A stretch of DNA of 64,000 bases. Origin: an uncultured Bacilli bacterium. GTDB lineage: Bacteria; Bacillota_I; Bacilli_A; RF39; UBA660. Where the stretch lies: assembly GCA_910583945.1 (NCBI GenBank), contig CAJTYF010000003.1, positions 3,466 through 67,465 on the forward strand, written 5' to 3'. A program made the translations under genes and the position numbers. Under the pieces are notes generated by a model. It searched no databases. It was given only the letters and a program-made list of their open reading frames with translations, and had not been told where the DNA came from. Positions 39,411 through 51,172 of this stretch are shown here, in pieces (positions within the stretch are counted from its first letter, which is position 1; each line of letters begins with the position of its first letter).

Positions 39411-40160
39411 TTATTCTCCTGTTAATATTTCATAGCCTTCATCTGTCACTAAGACGGTATGTTCAAAGTGAGCGGATGGGCTTCCATCTTCTGTTACAAT
39501 CACCCAATCATTTAAATCGGTTAAACATACTTGTTTCTTTCCTAGATTCAACATAGGTTCTATTGCAATTGTCATGCCGCTTTTTAATATTTTCCCTTTA
39601 TTTGCTTCTCCAAAATTAGGAATGTCAGGCTCTTCATGAATACTTGTTCCAACTCCGTGCCCAACAAGATCTTCTACAACACTTAATCCTTTACTGTGAG
39701 CAAAGCTCTCTATAGCATGGCTAATGTCACCTATTTTAACACCATTACGCACTTTACTCAAGCCAACGTATAAAGCTTCTTTCGTGTTATTTACTAATGC
39801 TTCTATTTCTTTATCTACCGACCCTACAATATATGTGCGAGCAGCATCGGAATGATAACCTTTATACCCTACACAAAAATCGATTGATACAATGTCGTGT
39901 TCTTTCAACTTTCTGTTACTAGGTATTCCATGTACTACTTCATCGTTAATAGAAATGCAAATGGTATTAGGGTATCCTTCAAATCCTAATTGGGAAGGAA
40001 TACAATTGTGTTTAATAATAAAATTATAGGCAATTCGATCCAGTTCTATTGTTTTTATTCCTGGTTTAATGTGTTTTTTTAATTCTTCATGTGTTAAATA
40101 ATTAATATGTCCAGCATAACGCATAAGTTCTATTTCACGTTCACTTTTTATACTAATCAT
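39411..40160 (-). CDS. map: Methionine aminopeptidase type I
   Basis: Metal-binding His/Asp/Glu pattern; sits in the spc operon. Confidence 0.9.
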   Translation of the reverse strand: MISIKSEREIELMRYAGHINYLTHEELKKHIKPGIKTIELDRIAYNFIIKHNCIPSQLGFEGYPNTICISINDEVVHGIPSNRKLKEHDIVSIDFCVGYKGYHSDAARTYIVGSVDKEIEALVNNTKEALYVGLSKVRNGVKIGDISHAIESFAHSKGLSVVEDLVGHGVGTSIHEEPDIPNFGEANKGKILKSGMTIAIEPMLNLGKKQVCLTDLNDWVIVTEDGSPSAHFEHTVLVTDEGYEILTGE

Positions 40161-40812
40161 TCTTAACCTCTATGATTTTTTCAACTTCTTGCACTATTTC
40201 AGTTTGTGTTTTTGATGCCTCTACAATGACTAATTTATTTTTTTGTTGATAATAATTTATTAGTGGTTCTGTTTCTAGTTTATATTTTTCTGTTCTAGCT
40301 TTAAATGTTTCTAAATTATCATCTATTCTAGCTTCTAATAAACTTCCGCAATTATTACAAACATTTTCTGTTAATGGTTTAAAGTCGTCAAAAAATATAT
40401 TATATGTTTTTTTACAGCCGTTACAGATTCTTCTACCTGTTACTCTTTTTTCTAATAAATCATTTTCAATGACAATGTTTATAACTGTATAGTTATTCAC
40501 ATTCAATTCCTCAAATAAATTATCTAAATATTTGGCTTGTTCTATGTTTCTTGGTATTCCATCTAAAATAAATGGTTTATCATTTATTTTTAAGAGTTCT
40601 TCTTTAAATAAAGGTAAGATGATATCATCTCCAATGAGTTCTCCTTCTTCCATTCTCTTTTTTACTTCTTCACCAAGTTCACTATTTTCTTTCATAACAT
40701 TTCTTAAAATATCTCCTGTTGAAATATGTTTATAATTATACTTATGCTCAAGGTATTCACTAATTGTTCCCTTACCGGCAGCTGGTGGAGCAATAAAGAT
40801 AACGTTTTTCAC
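40153..40812 (-). CDS. adk: Adenylate kinase (zinc-lid type)
   Basis: GPPAAGKGT P-loop with a CxxC..CxxC lid. Confidence 0.95.
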   Translation of the reverse strand: MKNVIFIAPPAAGKGTISEYLEHKYNYKHISTGDILRNVMKENSELGEEVKKRMEEGELIGDDIILPLFKEELLKINDKPFILDGIPRNIEQAKYLDNLFEELNVNNYTVINIVIENDLLEKRVTGRRICNGCKKTYNIFFDDFKPLTENVCNNCGSLLEARIDDNLETFKARTEKYKLETEPLINYYQQKNKLVIVEASKTQTEIVQEVEKIIEVKND

Positions 40813-42072
40813 TTATCTTCTGCTCCTTTTTTTGTATCGTCTTGATACTAAACCACTTTCGATTTGTTTATAAGTTTCTATTGCGACCCCTACAACAATT
40901 AATATTCCAGTACCACCAATTGTTACTGATGGTGGCAGTTTTAAAACATTTGCCATTAATATTGGTAAGCCAGATAATATAACTAAAAATACAGAACCTA
41001 CAATTGTTAGTTTTCCTAAAGATTTACTTATGTAATCTGATGTGTCATTCCCTGGCCTAATTCCGGGTATATAACCACCTCGTTTGTTTAAATCCTTACT
41101 CATTTCCTCAGGATTCATCATCATGAAAGTATACACATATCCAAAGAATAATATTAATAATATGTATAATATGAATCCAGTTGGAGTCGTGTAGACAATG
41201 TATTTATTAATAAAGTCTACCGCTGCAGTATTTTTAATTAATCCAGCTACTGTTGAAGGAATGGTTAAAACAATTGATGCAAAGATTACTGGTATTACTC
41301 CAGCACTATTTATTTTGATTGGTAAGAATGAATTTTGATTTCCATAAGCACTGGTTGTATGATTAGCGTATTGAATAGGGATTCTTCTTTCAGCTAAAGT
41401 TATCCAAATAATTCCTATTAAAACTAATAAATAAATTAATAAAAATAAAGCAAATAAAGCAATTCCAATGGCTAAATTATACGTTCCAGCTGTAATGAAT
41501 GTTTGAAACGCTCCAGAAAAAATTCCTGGCATACTTTGAATAATTCCAGCCATTATCAATAAGGATGACCCATTTCCAATTCCTTTCATCGTTATTTGAT
41601 CTCCCAACCATAATAGGAAAGAAGTTCCAGCTGTCATCACTAATGATGTTTTTAGCATAATCATGACATCATTCGTATTTAAATAAAATATAGAGATGAC
41701 ATACGCTTGTAAAAAGGCAAAAGCAACAGCTAAATATCGATTAATTTTATTAATTTTTTGTCTTCCAACGTAACCTTGTTCCTTCAATTCTTTAAAATAA
41801 GGAATAATATCCATTTGAAGTAATTGAGTAATAATTGAAGCGGTTATATAAGGACTGACTCCTAATGCGAAGATAGAAAAACTTCTTAAGCCTCCACCAC
41901 TCATTAAGTTAAAGATTTCTAAGAAACCTAGTTCTTCATATAGGACACTGGCCCAAGGAATGGTTATACCCGTTCCTAAACAAAATATTCCTAAAGCAAA
42001 TAAAGTAAAATAGATTCTTTTCCGTAAATCTTTATTTTCTTTAGCAAAAATTTTGGTGATACGACGAATCAT
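40813..42072 (-). CDS. secY: Preprotein translocase subunit SecY
   Basis: 10-TM protein with SecY motifs; sits between rplO and adk. Confidence 0.95.
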   Translation of the reverse strand: MIRRITKIFAKENKDLRKRIYFTLFALGIFCLGTGITIPWASVLYEELGFLEIFNLMSGGGLRSFSIFALGVSPYITASIITQLLQMDIIPYFKELKEQGYVGRQKINKINRYLAVAFAFLQAYVISIFYLNTNDVMIMLKTSLVMTAGTSFLLWLGDQITMKGIGNGSSLLIMAGIIQSMPGIFSGAFQTFITAGTYNLAIGIALFALFLLIYLLVLIGIIWITLAERRIPIQYANHTTSAYGNQNSFLPIKINSAGVIPVIFASIVLTIPSTVAGLIKNTAAVDFINKYIVYTTPTGFILYILLILFFGYVYTFMMMNPEEMSKDLNKRGGYIPGIRPGNDTSDYISKSLGKLTIVGSVFLVILSGLPILMANVLKLPPSVTIGGTGILIVVGVAIETYKQIESGLVSRRYKKRSRR

Positions 42073-42516
42073 CTAAATCACCTCAGTTTTGCCACCAGCA
42101 GATTCAATAGCACTTACAGCTGAAGTAGAAAAACGATTGGCTTTAACGGTTAATTTTTTTTCTAATTTTCCATTTGCAAGAACTTTGATACCACTTAATT
42201 GTTTTTTAATTATTCCTCTTTCTTTTAAAATTTCGGGAGTTACTGTCTCACCATCATTAAAATACTTATTTAAATCGCTTAAATTAATACAAGCATACTT
42301 TGTTTCAAATCTCTTATTATTAAATCCTCTTTTGGGTAATCTTCTATACAAAGGAGATTGTCCACCTTGAAACCAAGCTGAAATGCTTGCTCCACTTCTA
42401 GATTTTTGACCTTTTTCTCCATGAGTTGAATTCTTACCCATTCCAGATCCAGGTCCACGACCAACTATTTTTTTAGCTTTTTTTTCTTTTGTAGCTGGTA
42501 AGTTTTCTAATTTCAT
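42073..42516 (-). CDS. rplO: 50S ribosomal protein L15
   Basis: [22 protein letters not shown]; start refined to the Met at 42516. The longer ORF is an upstream extension. Confidence 0.9.
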   Translation of the reverse strand: MKLENLPATKEKKAKKIVGRGPGSGMGKNSTHGEKGQKSRSGASISAWFQGGQSPLYRRLPKRGFNNKRFETKYACINLSDLNKYFNDGETVTPEILKERGIIKKQLSGIKVLANGKLEKKLTVKANRFSTSAVSAIESAGGKTEVI

Positions 42517-42517
42517 A

Positions 42518-43075
42518 TTATAACTCCTCCACTTTCTTACCACGAAGAGCTGCTATTTTTGCTGGAGTTCTTTCACTTTTTAATGCTTCTAATGTCGCTT
42601 TGGCTACATTAATTTTAGCATTGGAACCTAGTGATTTTGAAATAACATCTTTTACTCCTGCAAGTTCTAATACACTTCTTGCTGCTCCACCAGCAATAAC
42701 TCCTGTTCCTTTAACAGCTGGTTTAATTAAAACATTAGCTCTTCCGACTTTTCCATAAGCTTCATGCGGAATGGTTCTTCCATCCATAAGTGCTACTTTT
42801 GTCACATTTTTATTAGCCATCATACTTGCTTTTGCAATTGCTGCTGGAACTTCATTTGCTTTTCCAGTTCCAATTCCAACTAAACCTTTACGATTTCCAA
42901 CAACTACTGTTGCTGAGAAACGGAAATGTCTACCACCTTTAGTAACTTTAGTCACACGTCCAATAGAGATTACTTTTTCTTCTAAAAGTTTTTTACGATT
43001 ATCTCTATTTTCTTTGTTTTCTTTATGAAATTTCTTTTCATGTACTTCTTTTACTTCATTATTTTCTTTTTGCAT
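42518..43075 (-). CDS. rpsE: 30S ribosomal protein S5
   Basis: ..[22 protein letters not shown]..; the start is ambiguous between 43108 and 43075. Confidence 0.85.
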   Translation of the reverse strand: MQKENNEVKEVHEKKFHKENKENRDNRKKLLEEKVISIGRVTKVTKGGRHFRFSATVVVGNRKGLVGIGTGKANEVPAAIAKASMMANKNVTKVALMDGRTIPHEAYGKVGRANVLIKPAVKGTGVIAGGAARSVLELAGVKDVISKSLGSNAKINVAKATLEALKSERTPAKIAALRGKKVEEL

Positions 43076-43085
43076 GACGACCTCC

Positions 43086-43441
43086 CTAGAATTCCAATCC
43101 GTTTTCACGAGCTGCTTCTGCTAAAGCTTTTACTCGACCATGATAAAGGTTTCCACCTCTATCAAATACTACTTTATTAATTTTTGCTTTGTTACATTTT
43201 TCAGCGATATCTTTTCCAACTAGAGCAGCTGCTTCACAGTTACTTCCATTTTTTAATTTTAAAGCTATTGATGAAGAAGAAACCAAAGTATTACCAGATT
43301 CATCGTCAATCACTTGAACATAAATGCCACTATTTGATCTAAATACGTTTAATCTTGGTCTTTCTTTTGTTCCACTTAAAGACTCTCTTATACGCTTATG
43401 TCTTCTAATACGAGCATCGTTACTTGATTCTTTTTTTATCA
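43086..43441 (-). CDS. rplR: 50S ribosomal protein L18
   Basis: [19 protein letters not shown].. The RBS GGTGGAGGGATAGT precedes the ATG at 43441. Confidence 0.9.
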
Positions 43442-43455
43442 TACTATCCCTCCAC

Positions 43456-43992
43456 CTATGCTGCTTTCTTACCTTCTTTACGACGAACATGTTCATCTTT
43501 ATAACGAATTCCTTTACCTTTATAAGGTTCTGGTTCTCTTATTTTTCGAACATTAGCCGCAAATTCAGTTACTTTTTGCTTATCAATTCCACTTAAAGTA
43601 ATCTCAGTATTACTTACAAGTTCTGCTTTAATTCCCGAAGGAATTTCTACATTTACAGGATGTGAATATCCTGCATTTACAACAATTTTATTTCCTTGAA
43701 CATTAAATTTGTATCCAACACCAACAGCTTCTAAACCTTTAGAAAAACCTTCAGATACACCAATAATCATATTGTTTATTAGAGAATTTGTAGTTCCTTG
43801 CATGACGTTTGCTTCTTTAGTATTTTTAACACATTTGGTTGTTACTATATTTTCTTTTATTTCAACATTAATTAAAGGCGAAACGTTAAGTGATAATTCA
43901 CCTTTTGCGCTTTTTACTGTTACTATTTGATTATCTACTGTAACGGTTACACCTTCAGGTATTACTAAATTTCTATTTCCAATTCTACTCAT
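43456..43992 (-). CDS. rplF: 50S ribosomal protein L6
   Basis: [17 protein letters not shown].. Confidence 0.95.
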   Translation of the reverse strand: MSRIGNRNLVIPEGVTVTVDNQIVTVKSAKGELSLNVSPLINVEIKENIVTTKCVKNTKEANVMQGTTNSLINNMIIGVSEGFSKGLEAVGVGYKFNVQGNKIVVNAGYSHPVNVEIPSGIKAELVSNTEITLSGIDKQKVTEFAANVRKIREPEPYKGKGIRYKDEHVRRKEGKKAA

Positions 43993-44002
43993 AGGTTATT
44001 CC

Positions 44003-44398
44003 TTACCATATAAAGGCAAGTACTTCGCCTCCTAATCCAGCATTTCTTGCTTCTTTATCAGTCATAAGACCTTTACTTGTTGAAATAATGGCAATTCCTA
44101 ATCCATTTAACACACGAGGAATTTCATTTGATGCGGCATAAACACGAAGTCCAGATTTACTGATTCTTTTAAGTCCAGTAATAACTCTTTCTTTCTTTTC
44201 TCCATATTTTAATGTTAAAGTTAATTTATCACCTTTTATATCTTTTTCATAAACATAATCAGCAATGTATCCTTCACTTTTAAGAATGTTTGCTATTCCT
44301 AAAGTCATTTTTGTCCCTATAACGGTGACTGTATCATATCTCATTTGATTTGCATTACGAATTCTTGTAAGCATATCTGCAATTTTATCTTGTACCAT
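44003..44398 (-). CDS. rpsH: 30S ribosomal protein S8
   Basis: ..[11 protein letters not shown].. Confidence 0.95.
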   Translation of the reverse strand: MVQDKIADMLTRIRNANQMRYDTVTVIGTKMTLGIANILKSEGYIADYVYEKDIKGDKLTLTLKYGEKKERVITGLKRISKSGLRVYAASNEIPRVLNGLGIAIISTSKGLMTDKEARNAGLGGEVLAFIW

Positions 44399-44413
44399 AA
44401 AAATTCCTCCCTT

Positions 44414-44599
44414 CTACCAACTTGACTTCTTAACGCCAGGAATTTGTCCTTTATTTGCTAATTCTCTAAAACATATACGACATAATTTGTATTTTCTTAA
44501 AACACCATGAGGACGTCCACATCTTTCACAACGTGTATAGGCACGAACTTTAAATTTTGGTGTTCTTTGTTGTTTAATTTTTAAACTTGTTTTTGCCAA
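44414..44599 (-). CDS. rpsN: 30S ribosomal protein S14 (zinc-binding type Z)
   Basis: 61 aa with CERCGRP...CRICFRE. Confidence 0.95.
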   Translation of the reverse strand: MAKTSLKIKQQRTPKFKVRAYTRCERCGRPHGVLRKYKLCRICFRELANKGQIPGVKKSSW

Positions 44600-44613
44600 T
44601 TTTCCTTCACTCC

Positions 44614-45153
44614 TTAATTTCTAAAAGGCATTCCAAATGCTCTTAGTAAGCTTTCAGCTTCTTTATTTGTCTTTGCTGTTGTTACAAATACAATATCCAT
44701 TCCTCTTATTTTTAAAACGTTATCGTATTCTATTTCAGGAAATATCAATTGTTCTTTAATTCCTAGAGTGTAATTTCCATTTCCATCAAAAGAATGATTA
44801 GAAATACCTCTAAAATCTCTAACACGTGGTAAAGCAACTTTAATTAATTTTTCCATAAAGTTATACATATTTTCACCACGTAGAGTTACTTTTGCACCAA
44901 TGGTTTGGCCCTCTCTTAACTTAAATCCAGCAATTGATTTACGTGCTTTTGTTACGACTGGCTTTTGACCTGTTATGATTTCTAAATCCTTTACTGCTGC
45001 TTCAATAAATTTATCATCATGTGATCCTTCACCCACGCCCATGTTGATAACAATTTTATCTAATTTTGGAACTTGCATTACAGAAGTGTAATTGTTTTCT
45101 TTCATTAATGATGAAATAATTTCTTTATTGTAAATTTCTTTTAATGTACTCAT
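44614..45153 (-). CDS. rplE: 50S ribosomal protein L5
   Basis: Sequence and operon position. Confidence 0.95.
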   Translation of the reverse strand: MSTLKEIYNKEIISSLMKENNYTSVMQVPKLDKIVINMGVGEGSHDDKFIEAAVKDLEIITGQKPVVTKARKSIAGFKLREGQTIGAKVTLRGENMYNFMEKLIKVALPRVRDFRGISNHSFDGNGNYTLGIKEQLIFPEIEYDNVLKIRGMDIVFVTTAKTNKEAESLLRAFGMPFRN

Positions 45154-45160
45154 AACTCAC

Positions 45161-45430
45161 CTATTTATCTTTCTTTTCTTCTTTTTTAGAAGATTTTTTT
45201 GTCGTTTTTTCGTCCTCGATTTTTTTTACATTTGATACATGAATTGGAGCAGACATTTCAATGATTCCACCTTTATCGTTATTGTTTGTTGGTTTTTGAT
45301 GTTTCTTTACAATATTTATTCCTTCAACAATAACTTTGTCATCTTTTCTAAGCGTCGTAATCACTTTTCCTGTTTTACCTTTGTCTTTTCCAGCTATGAT
45401 TTTAACATTATCGCCAACTTTTATTTTCAT
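45161..45430 (-). CDS. rplX: 50S ribosomal protein L24
   Basis: [19 protein letters not shown].. Confidence 0.95.
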   Translation of the reverse strand: MKIKVGDNVKIIAGKDKGKTGKVITTLRKDDKVIVEGINIVKKHQKPTNNNDKGGIIEMSAPIHVSNVKKIEDEKTTKKSSKKEEKKDK

Positions 45431-45438
45431 GTGCCCTC

Positions 45439-45807
45439 CTATAAAACCTCTGGAGCTAAAGATACAATTTTAGAGAAATCTTTTTCTCTTAATTCTCTAG
45501 CAACAGGTCCTAAAACTCTAGTTCCAACAGGTGATTTATCGTCTTTAATAATAACACAAGCGTTATCATCAAATTTGATATAAGACCCATCTTTTCTTTT
45601 TTTACCTTGTACACTTCTAACGATGACTGCTTTAACGACTTTTCCTTTTTTTAGTCCAGAATTAGGAATAGCTTTTTTAACCGTTCCAACCACTACATCT
45701 CCAATGTTTCCAAATTTTCTTTTTGAGCCACCAAGTACACGGATGACAAGAATTTCTCTTGCTCCCGTATTATCAGCAACTTTTAATTTTGTTTCTTGTT
45801 GTATCAT
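45439..45807 (-). CDS. rplN: 50S ribosomal protein L14
   Basis: [16 protein letters not shown].. Confidence 0.95.
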   Translation of the reverse strand: MIQQETKLKVADNTGAREILVIRVLGGSKRKFGNIGDVVVGTVKKAIPNSGLKKGKVVKAVIVRSVQGKKRKDGSYIKFDDNACVIIKDDKSPVGTRVLGPVARELREKDFSKIVSLAPEVL

Positions 45808-45817
45808 AGTATTCCTC

Positions 45818-46075
45818 CTATAATATTACAGCTTCAATTAGGACCCTTACAAGTTCATATCTTTTTGTTTTAGATAGAGGTCTTGTACTTCTAATTTTGA
45901 CTGTATCTCCAACTTTTGCAATATTATTTTCATCATGAGCAGTATATTTTTTTGAATATTTCACTCTTTTTCCATATAGTGGGTGTCGTTTATATGTTTC
46001 GACTAGCACAGTAATTGTTTTATTATTTTTATTACTAACAACTTTACCAACTAATTCTTGTCTTTTTTCTTCCAT
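45818..46075 (-). CDS. rpsQ: 30S ribosomal protein S17
   Basis: Sequence and operon position. Confidence 0.95.
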   Translation of the reverse strand: MEEKRQELVGKVVSNKNNKTITVLVETYKRHPLYGKRVKYSKKYTAHDENNIAKVGDTVKIRSTRPLSKTKRYELVRVLIEAVIL

Positions 46076-46287
46076 TATTTGTTCCCTCCTGTGCTAACTT
46101 CATTTTTTCTTTCTTTTAGAATCGTTAACATTCTTGCAACATCTTTTCTTAATTCCTTTATTTTAGAAGGCTTTTCAAGTGATCCTGTTGCATTCTTAAC
46201 ACGTAAATTTAATAATTCTTTTTTTGTTTCTTTTACTTTTGTTTCAATCTCTTCTGTACTTAAATTTCTTATTTCACTAACTTTCAC
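46075..46287 (-). CDS. rpmC: 50S ribosomal protein L29
   Basis: (M)[19 protein letters not shown].. Probable GTG start at 46287 after AAGGAGGAG. The TTG-initiated longer ORF is an extension. Confidence 0.85.
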   Translation of the reverse strand: MKVSEIRNLSTEEIETKVKETKKELLNLRVKNATGSLEKPSKIKELRKDVARMLTILKERKNEVSTGGNK

Positions 46288-46702
46288 TTGGAATCTCCTC
46301 CTTACTAACAAACTTTGTTGTTACTGGTAGTTTATGAGAAGCAAGTCGTAAAGCTTCACGAGCGATTTCTTCAGAAACGCCACTGATTTCAAACATAATT
46401 TTTCCTTCTTTAACTACAGCAACCCATTCATCTACGTTACCTTTACCTTTACCTTGACGAGTTTCAAGTGGTTTTTTTGTAATCGCTAAGTGAGGAAAGA
46501 TATTAATATATACTTTTCCACCACGTTTCATATAACGGGTCATAGCAATACGAGCGGCTTCTATTTGACGAGCTGATACCCAATTTCCTTCTTTGGCCAT
46601 TAATCCATACTCTCCAAAATGAAGTTCTGTATTTCCTTTTGCATGCCCATCATAGGTTAAACGATGAGGTTTTCTATATTTAGTTCTTTTTGGCATCAAC
46701 AT
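46277..46702 (-). CDS. rplP: 50S ribosomal protein L16
   Basis: [14 protein letters not shown].. Confidence 0.9.
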   Translation of the reverse strand: MLMPKRTKYRKPHRLTYDGHAKGNTELHFGEYGLMAKEGNWVSARQIEAARIAMTRYMKRGGKVYINIFPHLAITKKPLETRQGKGKGNVDEWVAVVKEGKIMFEISGVSEEIAREALRLASHKLPVTTKFVSKEEIPSES

Positions 46703-47360
46703 TTTTGTCACTCTCCTTTTTTACATTTTTTGTAGGAAGAATTTCACCTTTATAGATCCAAACTTTTACACCTATTTTGCCATAGGTTGTATCCGCTTCA
46801 CTATGTGCATAGTCTATATCGGCTCTTAATGTATGAAGAGGAACAGTTCCTTCTGTATAACCTTCGGTTCTAGCCATTTCAGCTCCAGCAAGACGACCTG
46901 ATACAGAGGTTTTAATTCCTTTTGCTCCAGCTTTCATTGTATTTCTTAAAGCTCTTTTTTGAGCACTTCTAAATGGAGCACGATTTTCAATTTGAGCTGC
47001 AATGTTATCAGCTACTAATTTTGCTACAAGATCAGGATTTTTCACTTCTACAATAGAAATGTAAACTTCTTCTCCAACATATTTTGATAAACTTTTTCGT
47101 AAAGCATCAATGTCTTCCCCACCACGTCCAATAATGATTCCTGGTTTAGCGGTATTGATTGTTACTTCACATTTGTCTTTTTTTCTTTCAATAACAACTG
47201 AGGCAACTGCTGCATCTTTTAATTTTTCAGAGATGTATTTACGAATTTTAATGTCTTTATTTAATGTCTCTCCAAAATTCTTTTTTGATGCATACCAATT
47301 AGATTCCCAAGTTTTATTGACTCCAAGTCGATATCCTATTGGATTTACTTTTTGTCCCAT
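46680..47360 (-). CDS. rpsC: 30S ribosomal protein S3
   Basis: [13 protein letters not shown].. KH domain. Confidence 0.95.
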   Translation of the reverse strand: MGQKVNPIGYRLGVNKTWESNWYASKKNFGETLNKDIKIRKYISEKLKDAAVASVVIERKKDKCEVTINTAKPGIIIGRGGEDIDALRKSLSKYVGEEVYISIVEVKNPDLVAKLVADNIAAQIENRAPFRSAQKRALRNTMKAGAKGIKTSVSGRLAGAEMARTEGYTEGTVPLHTLRADIDYAHSEADTTYGKIGVKVWIYKGEILPTKNVKKESDKNVDAKKN

Positions 47361-47705
47361 CTATTTTGCCTCCTTACCATCACTTACTTTAACAGTAATG
47401 TGACTTGTTCTTTTATCTCTTCTATCTACGTTTCCACGACTTGCAAACTTGATTCTTTTATACACAGGTCCTGGATTTATATAACATTCGCTAACAAATA
47501 GGTCACTTTCATTAGCTCCCTCATTATTTACAGCATTGGCAACAGCACTTTTTAAAACTTTTATAATTAGTCTTGCGGCTTTTGTGTTTGTTGTTTCTAA
47601 TATTCCTTCAGCGGTTTCGACATCTTTTCCACGAATTAAGTCAAGAGTCATTCTTGCTTTTCTAGGTGCAATCATGGCACTTTTATGTATTGCATAACTT
47701 TCCAT
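47361..47705 (-). CDS. rplV: 50S ribosomal protein L22
   Basis: Sequence and operon position. Confidence 0.95.
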   Translation of the reverse strand: MESYAIHKSAMIAPRKARMTLDLIRGKDVETAEGILETTNTKAARLIIKVLKSAVANAVNNEGANESDLFVSECYINPGPVYKRIKFASRGNVDRRDKRTSHITVKVSDGKEAK

Positions 47706-47717
47706 TTACGTAACCTC

Positions 47718-47981
47718 CTACTTTTGTCCTGCGTGTCCGCCAAATTTACGAGTACTAGCGAACTCTCCTAATTTATGACCTACCATTTCTTCAGTAACAT
47801 AAACGGGTATAAATTCTTTACCATTATGTACAGCAAAGGTATGTCCAACGAAGTCAGGAAAAATTGTTGAACGACGAGAATATGTTTTAATTACTTCTTT
47901 TTTATTATTTTTATTAAGTTCTTGAACCTTTTTTAAAAGTCGATCAAAAACATAAGGTCCTTTTTTTAAACTTCTTGCCAT
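47718..47981 (-). CDS. rpsS: 30S ribosomal protein S19
   Basis: [11 protein letters not shown].. Confidence 0.95.
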   Translation of the reverse strand: MARSLKKGPYVFDRLLKKVQELNKNNKKEVIKTYSRRSTIFPDFVGHTFAVHNGKEFIPVYVTEEMVGHKLGEFASTRKFGGHAGQK

Positions 47982-47990
47982 AATTCCCTC

Positions 47991-48821
47991 CTACTTTTTC
48001 TTTCTACTAACAATTAATTTGTTAGATGCTTTTTTATTTTTTCTTGTCTTAAATCCAAGTGCTGGTTTACCCCAAGGCGTTACTGGTGTCTTACGTCCTA
48101 TTGGTGCACGTCCTTCACCACCACCATGAGGGTGATCGTTAGGGTTCATAACAGAACCACGGTTTGTTGGTTTAATTCCTAAATGTCTTTTTCTTCCAGC
48201 TTTACCAATATTCACTAATTCATAATCTTCATTTCCAACTACACCAACGGTTGCGTAGCAAGTTCCTAAAATCTTTCTCGTTTCTCCAGATTGTAGTCTT
48301 ACTAAAACGTATTTTCCTTCACGACCTAATATTTGAGCGGAAGCACCTGCACTACGACAAATTTCAGCTCCTTTTCCTGGTTTTAATTCAATACAATGAA
48401 CTACAGTACCTACAGGAATATTTTCAAGTGGTAAGGCATTACCGACTTTAATATCTGCATTCGGTCCACTTTCAATAATGGTTCCCACCGTTAAATCCTT
48501 TGGAGCAATAATATATCTTTTTTCTCCATCTTTATAATGAACTAAAGCGATGTTTGCACTACGATTTGGATCGTATTCAATTGTTGCTATGCGTGCGGTT
48601 ACACCTACTTTGTCTCTTTTGAAATCAATCGTACGATATTTTTGTTTAGCTCCTCCACCGATGTGACGAACTGTTAATTTTCCTTGATTGTTACGACCAC
48701 CTGTTTTTGTTTTCTTACTTGTTAAAGATTTAAGAGGTCGACTTGTTGTTATTTCATCAAATGTTAATGTAGACATTCCCCTACGACCATTTGTCGTTGG
48801 CTTGTATTTCTTTATTGCCAT
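47991..48821 (-). CDS. rplB: 50S ribosomal protein L2
   Basis: [14 protein letters not shown].. [11 protein letters not shown]. Confidence 0.95.
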   Translation of the reverse strand: MAIKKYKPTTNGRRGMSTLTFDEITTSRPLKSLTSKKTKTGGRNNQGKLTVRHIGGGAKQKYRTIDFKRDKVGVTARIATIEYDPNRSANIALVHYKDGEKRYIIAPKDLTVGTIIESGPNADIKVGNALPLENIPVGTVVHCIELKPGKGAEICRSAGASAQILGREGKYVLVRLQSGETRKILGTCYATVGVVGNEDYELVNIGKAGRKRHLGIKPTNRGSVMNPNDHPHGGGEGRAPIGRKTPVTPWGKPALGFKTRKNKKASNKLIVSRKKK

Positions 48822-48830
48822 AATTACCTC

Positions 48831-49103
48831 CTATATTTCAATCGTTTCGCCGTCTTTTAGACTTACGATAGCTTTCTTATACGTTTTTGTTTTTCCAGTA
48901 TACTTTCCAACTCTTTTATCTTTTGGTTTCGTAATCAAAGTATTAATTGTTTTTACATGAACGCCAAATTGAGCTTCAATTGTTTTTTTAATTTGCGTTT
49001 TAGTTGCTCTTTTGTCTACTTTAAAAGTATAAATATTCTTTTCAGCGTTTTTCATACTTTTTTCAGTGACTACTGGTGCAAAAATAATATCAGGATTAGT
49101 CAT
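48831..49103 (-). CDS. rplW: 50S ribosomal protein L23
   Basis: Sequence and operon position. Confidence 0.95.
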   Translation of the reverse strand: MTNPDIIFAPVVTEKSMKNAEKNIYTFKVDKRATKTQIKKTIEAQFGVHVKTINTLITKPKDKRVGKYTGKTKTYKKAIVSLKDGETIEI

Positions 49104-49725
49104 TTTTTAAAACCTCCTCAATATATTCAATTGCTGGCTCATCAAATACTACATAATCAGCATTTATAAGATCATAGCAATTTATTTCTTCAGCTAGAAT
49201 TGCATAAGTGTAACTTAAATTTCTTGATGCCATGTATAGATTTTCGTTATCTTCTTTCGTTACAAATAAAACTTTTCCAGCTAAATTTAAAGTTTCTAAT
49301 AATTTTTTTACTTCTTTTGTTTTTAAAGATGTCATAGCCATGTTGTCAATAACAAATAATTCTTTTTCTTGAAGTTTATAAGTTAATGCTGTTTTAAGAG
49401 CTAATACTCTTTCTTTTCGATTTATTTTAAATGTATAATCTCTTGGTGTTACGCCTAAAGCGATTCCACCTCCACGCCATAACGGTGAACGATTTGATCC
49501 TGCTCTTGCACGTCCTGTTCCTTTTTGTTTCCAAGGTTTTCTTCCCCCTCCAGAAACTTCACTTCTATTTTTAGTTTTTGCTGTTCCTTGACGTACAGCG
49601 GCGTGTTGTAAGCGAATCATTTTATGTAAGCAATCATCATTAGTTTCAATTTTCCATATCGAATCACTTATTGTGATATCTTTAAGCTTTTCGCCTTTAA
49701 GGTTTTTAAGTTCAACTTTTGCCAT
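49096..49725 (-). CDS. rplD: 50S ribosomal protein L4
   Basis: MAKVELKNLKGEK..; start refined from the 214-aa ORF. Confidence 0.9.
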   Translation of the reverse strand: MAKVELKNLKGEKLKDITISDSIWKIETNDDCLHKMIRLQHAAVRQGTAKTKNRSEVSGGGRKPWKQKGTGRARAGSNRSPLWRGGGIALGVTPRDYTFKINRKERVLALKTALTYKLQEKELFVIDNMAMTSLKTKEVKKLLETLNLAGKVLFVTKEDNENLYMASRNLSYTYAILAEEINCYDLINADYVVFDEPAIEYIEEVLKND

Positions 49726-49748
49726 ATTTTTTCCCTCCAATAAGTGTC

Positions 49749-50549
49749 CTAATTTTCTTCTTTAGAATCAGTATTTTCTTCTACATTTTCTGTAGCAACG
49801 CTGACTTCTTCTTTTTCTTCAGTGTTTGTAGTTTCTTCATTTGATGTTTCAATTGTTTCTTCTACTGAATCTACAACACTTTCCATTTCTTCAGCATAGG
49901 TTATGACTTCAAATTCATTCTTTTTGCCATTTCCTTTTACTGCTGTTTTAATTAAAACTAATGAATTTTTTGCTCCTGGAACATTACCACTCACTAAAAT
50001 ATAATTTTCTTCCGCGTTCACTTCAACAATTTGTAAATTTTGAATGGTGATGGTTTCAGCACCCATATGTCCCGGTAATTTTTTACCTTTCAAAACTCGT
50101 TTTGGTAACATTGTACCCATTGAGCCTGGACCTCTATGATAATGTGAACCATGACCCATAGGTCCACGATTTTGATTGTGTCTTTTAATTACACCCTGAA
50201 AGCCTTTTCCTTTTGAAGTACCAGTCACATCTACTACTTCTCCTACTTCAAATAAAGAAGCATCTAGTGTTTGTCCGATTTGATATTCTCCATCAACATT
50301 TCTTAATTCTTTTAAGAAGCGCTTAGGGGTTGTATTTGCTTTTTTAGCATGTCCTATTTCTTGTCTGCTTGCATTTTTTTCTTTTTTGTCTACTACGCCA
50401 AGTTGAATAGCTTTATAGCCATCACTTTCAGATGTTTTAACTTGCATAACTGTATTTGGTGTTATTTCTATTACAGTTACTGGAATTAATTTACCATCTT
50501 TAGTAAAAACTTGAGTCATTCCTAACTTGCGTCCTAAGATTCCTTTCAT
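49749..50549 (-). CDS. rplC: 50S ribosomal protein L3 with a roughly 55-aa acidic C-terminal extension
   Basis: Canonical L3 core [15 protein letters not shown].. is followed by an [30 protein letters not shown]... tail. Confidence 0.9.
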   Translation of the reverse strand: MKGILGRKLGMTQVFTKDGKLIPVTVIEITPNTVMQVKTSESDGYKAIQLGVVDKKEKNASRQEIGHAKKANTTPKRFLKELRNVDGEYQIGQTLDASLFEVGEVVDVTGTSKGKGFQGVIKRHNQNRGPMGHGSHYHRGPGSMGTMLPKRVLKGKKLPGHMGAETITIQNLQIVEVNAEENYILVSGNVPGAKNSLVLIKTAVKGNGKKNEFEVITYAEEMESVVDSVEETIETSNEETTNTEEKEEVSVATENVEENTDSKEEN

Positions 50550-50570
50550 ATTTCAAATTCCTTCCTTTTA

Positions 50571-50879
50571 TTATAATTTGATATCGATGTCTACGCCACC
50601 TGGTACATCCACATGTGTTAATGCATCAATAATTTCCTTACTAGGATCTAGTATATCGATTAGTCTTTTATGTGTACGACTTTCGAATTGTTCTCTAGAG
50701 TCTTTGTACTTATGTACTGCTCTTAAAACCGTCACACGTTCGATTTCTGTTGGTAATGGAATCGGTCCACTTACCTTTCCTCCCAGTCTTTTTACTGTTT
50801 CTACGATCTTTCCAGCTGCTAAATCTAATATTTTATTATCATAAGCTTTTAAATTGATACGTACTTTACTTTTTGACAT
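50571..50879 (-). CDS. rpsJ: 30S ribosomal protein S10
   Basis: [19 protein letters not shown]..; first gene of the S10 operon. Confidence 0.95.
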   Translation of the reverse strand: MSKSKVRINLKAYDNKILDLAAGKIVETVKRLGGKVSGPIPLPTEIERVTVLRAVHKYKDSREQFESRTHKRLIDILDPSKEIIDALTHVDVPGGVDIDIKL

Positions 50880-51172
50880 TTTTACATGTCCTCCTTTCGT
50901 CTATATCTAGTATAGACTAGCTCCGTGCAAATTCCCTGAAAATATAGATTTAGTTTTAACAACTCTACCTAGCGTATCAGCAACCTCACACATCCAAGCC
51001 GTCATACAGATTTAATTTTAACATTACATATTATGAAAATCAAGCCTAAATTTGCGTAATTTAGGAGAATTTGTTGAATTTTTTAATTCTTTATTTTTCT
51101 TTTTTCTCTTTTTAAATTTATTCTTTATTAAAACTCGCTTTCAACGAAAAAAAGAAAACGCTTTATTTTTCT

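Noticed and set aside
42089..42370. Plus-strand ORFs embedded antisense in ribosomal, secY, uvrA, clpC and other genes (for example 42089-42370, 45239-45583, 22646-23126, 34013-34561, 51267-51611).
   Set aside because: They overlap well-supported conserved genes on the opposite strand and are low-complexity. They are typical shadow ORFs in AT-rich DNA.
50880..51172. A 290-bp leader upstream of rpsJ examined for a promoter or an L4-type autoregulatory structure.
   Set aside because: A candidate TTGCAC hexamer is present but no convincing -10 at proper spacing. No clear conserved hairpin could be assigned by eye, so it is not reported as a feature.
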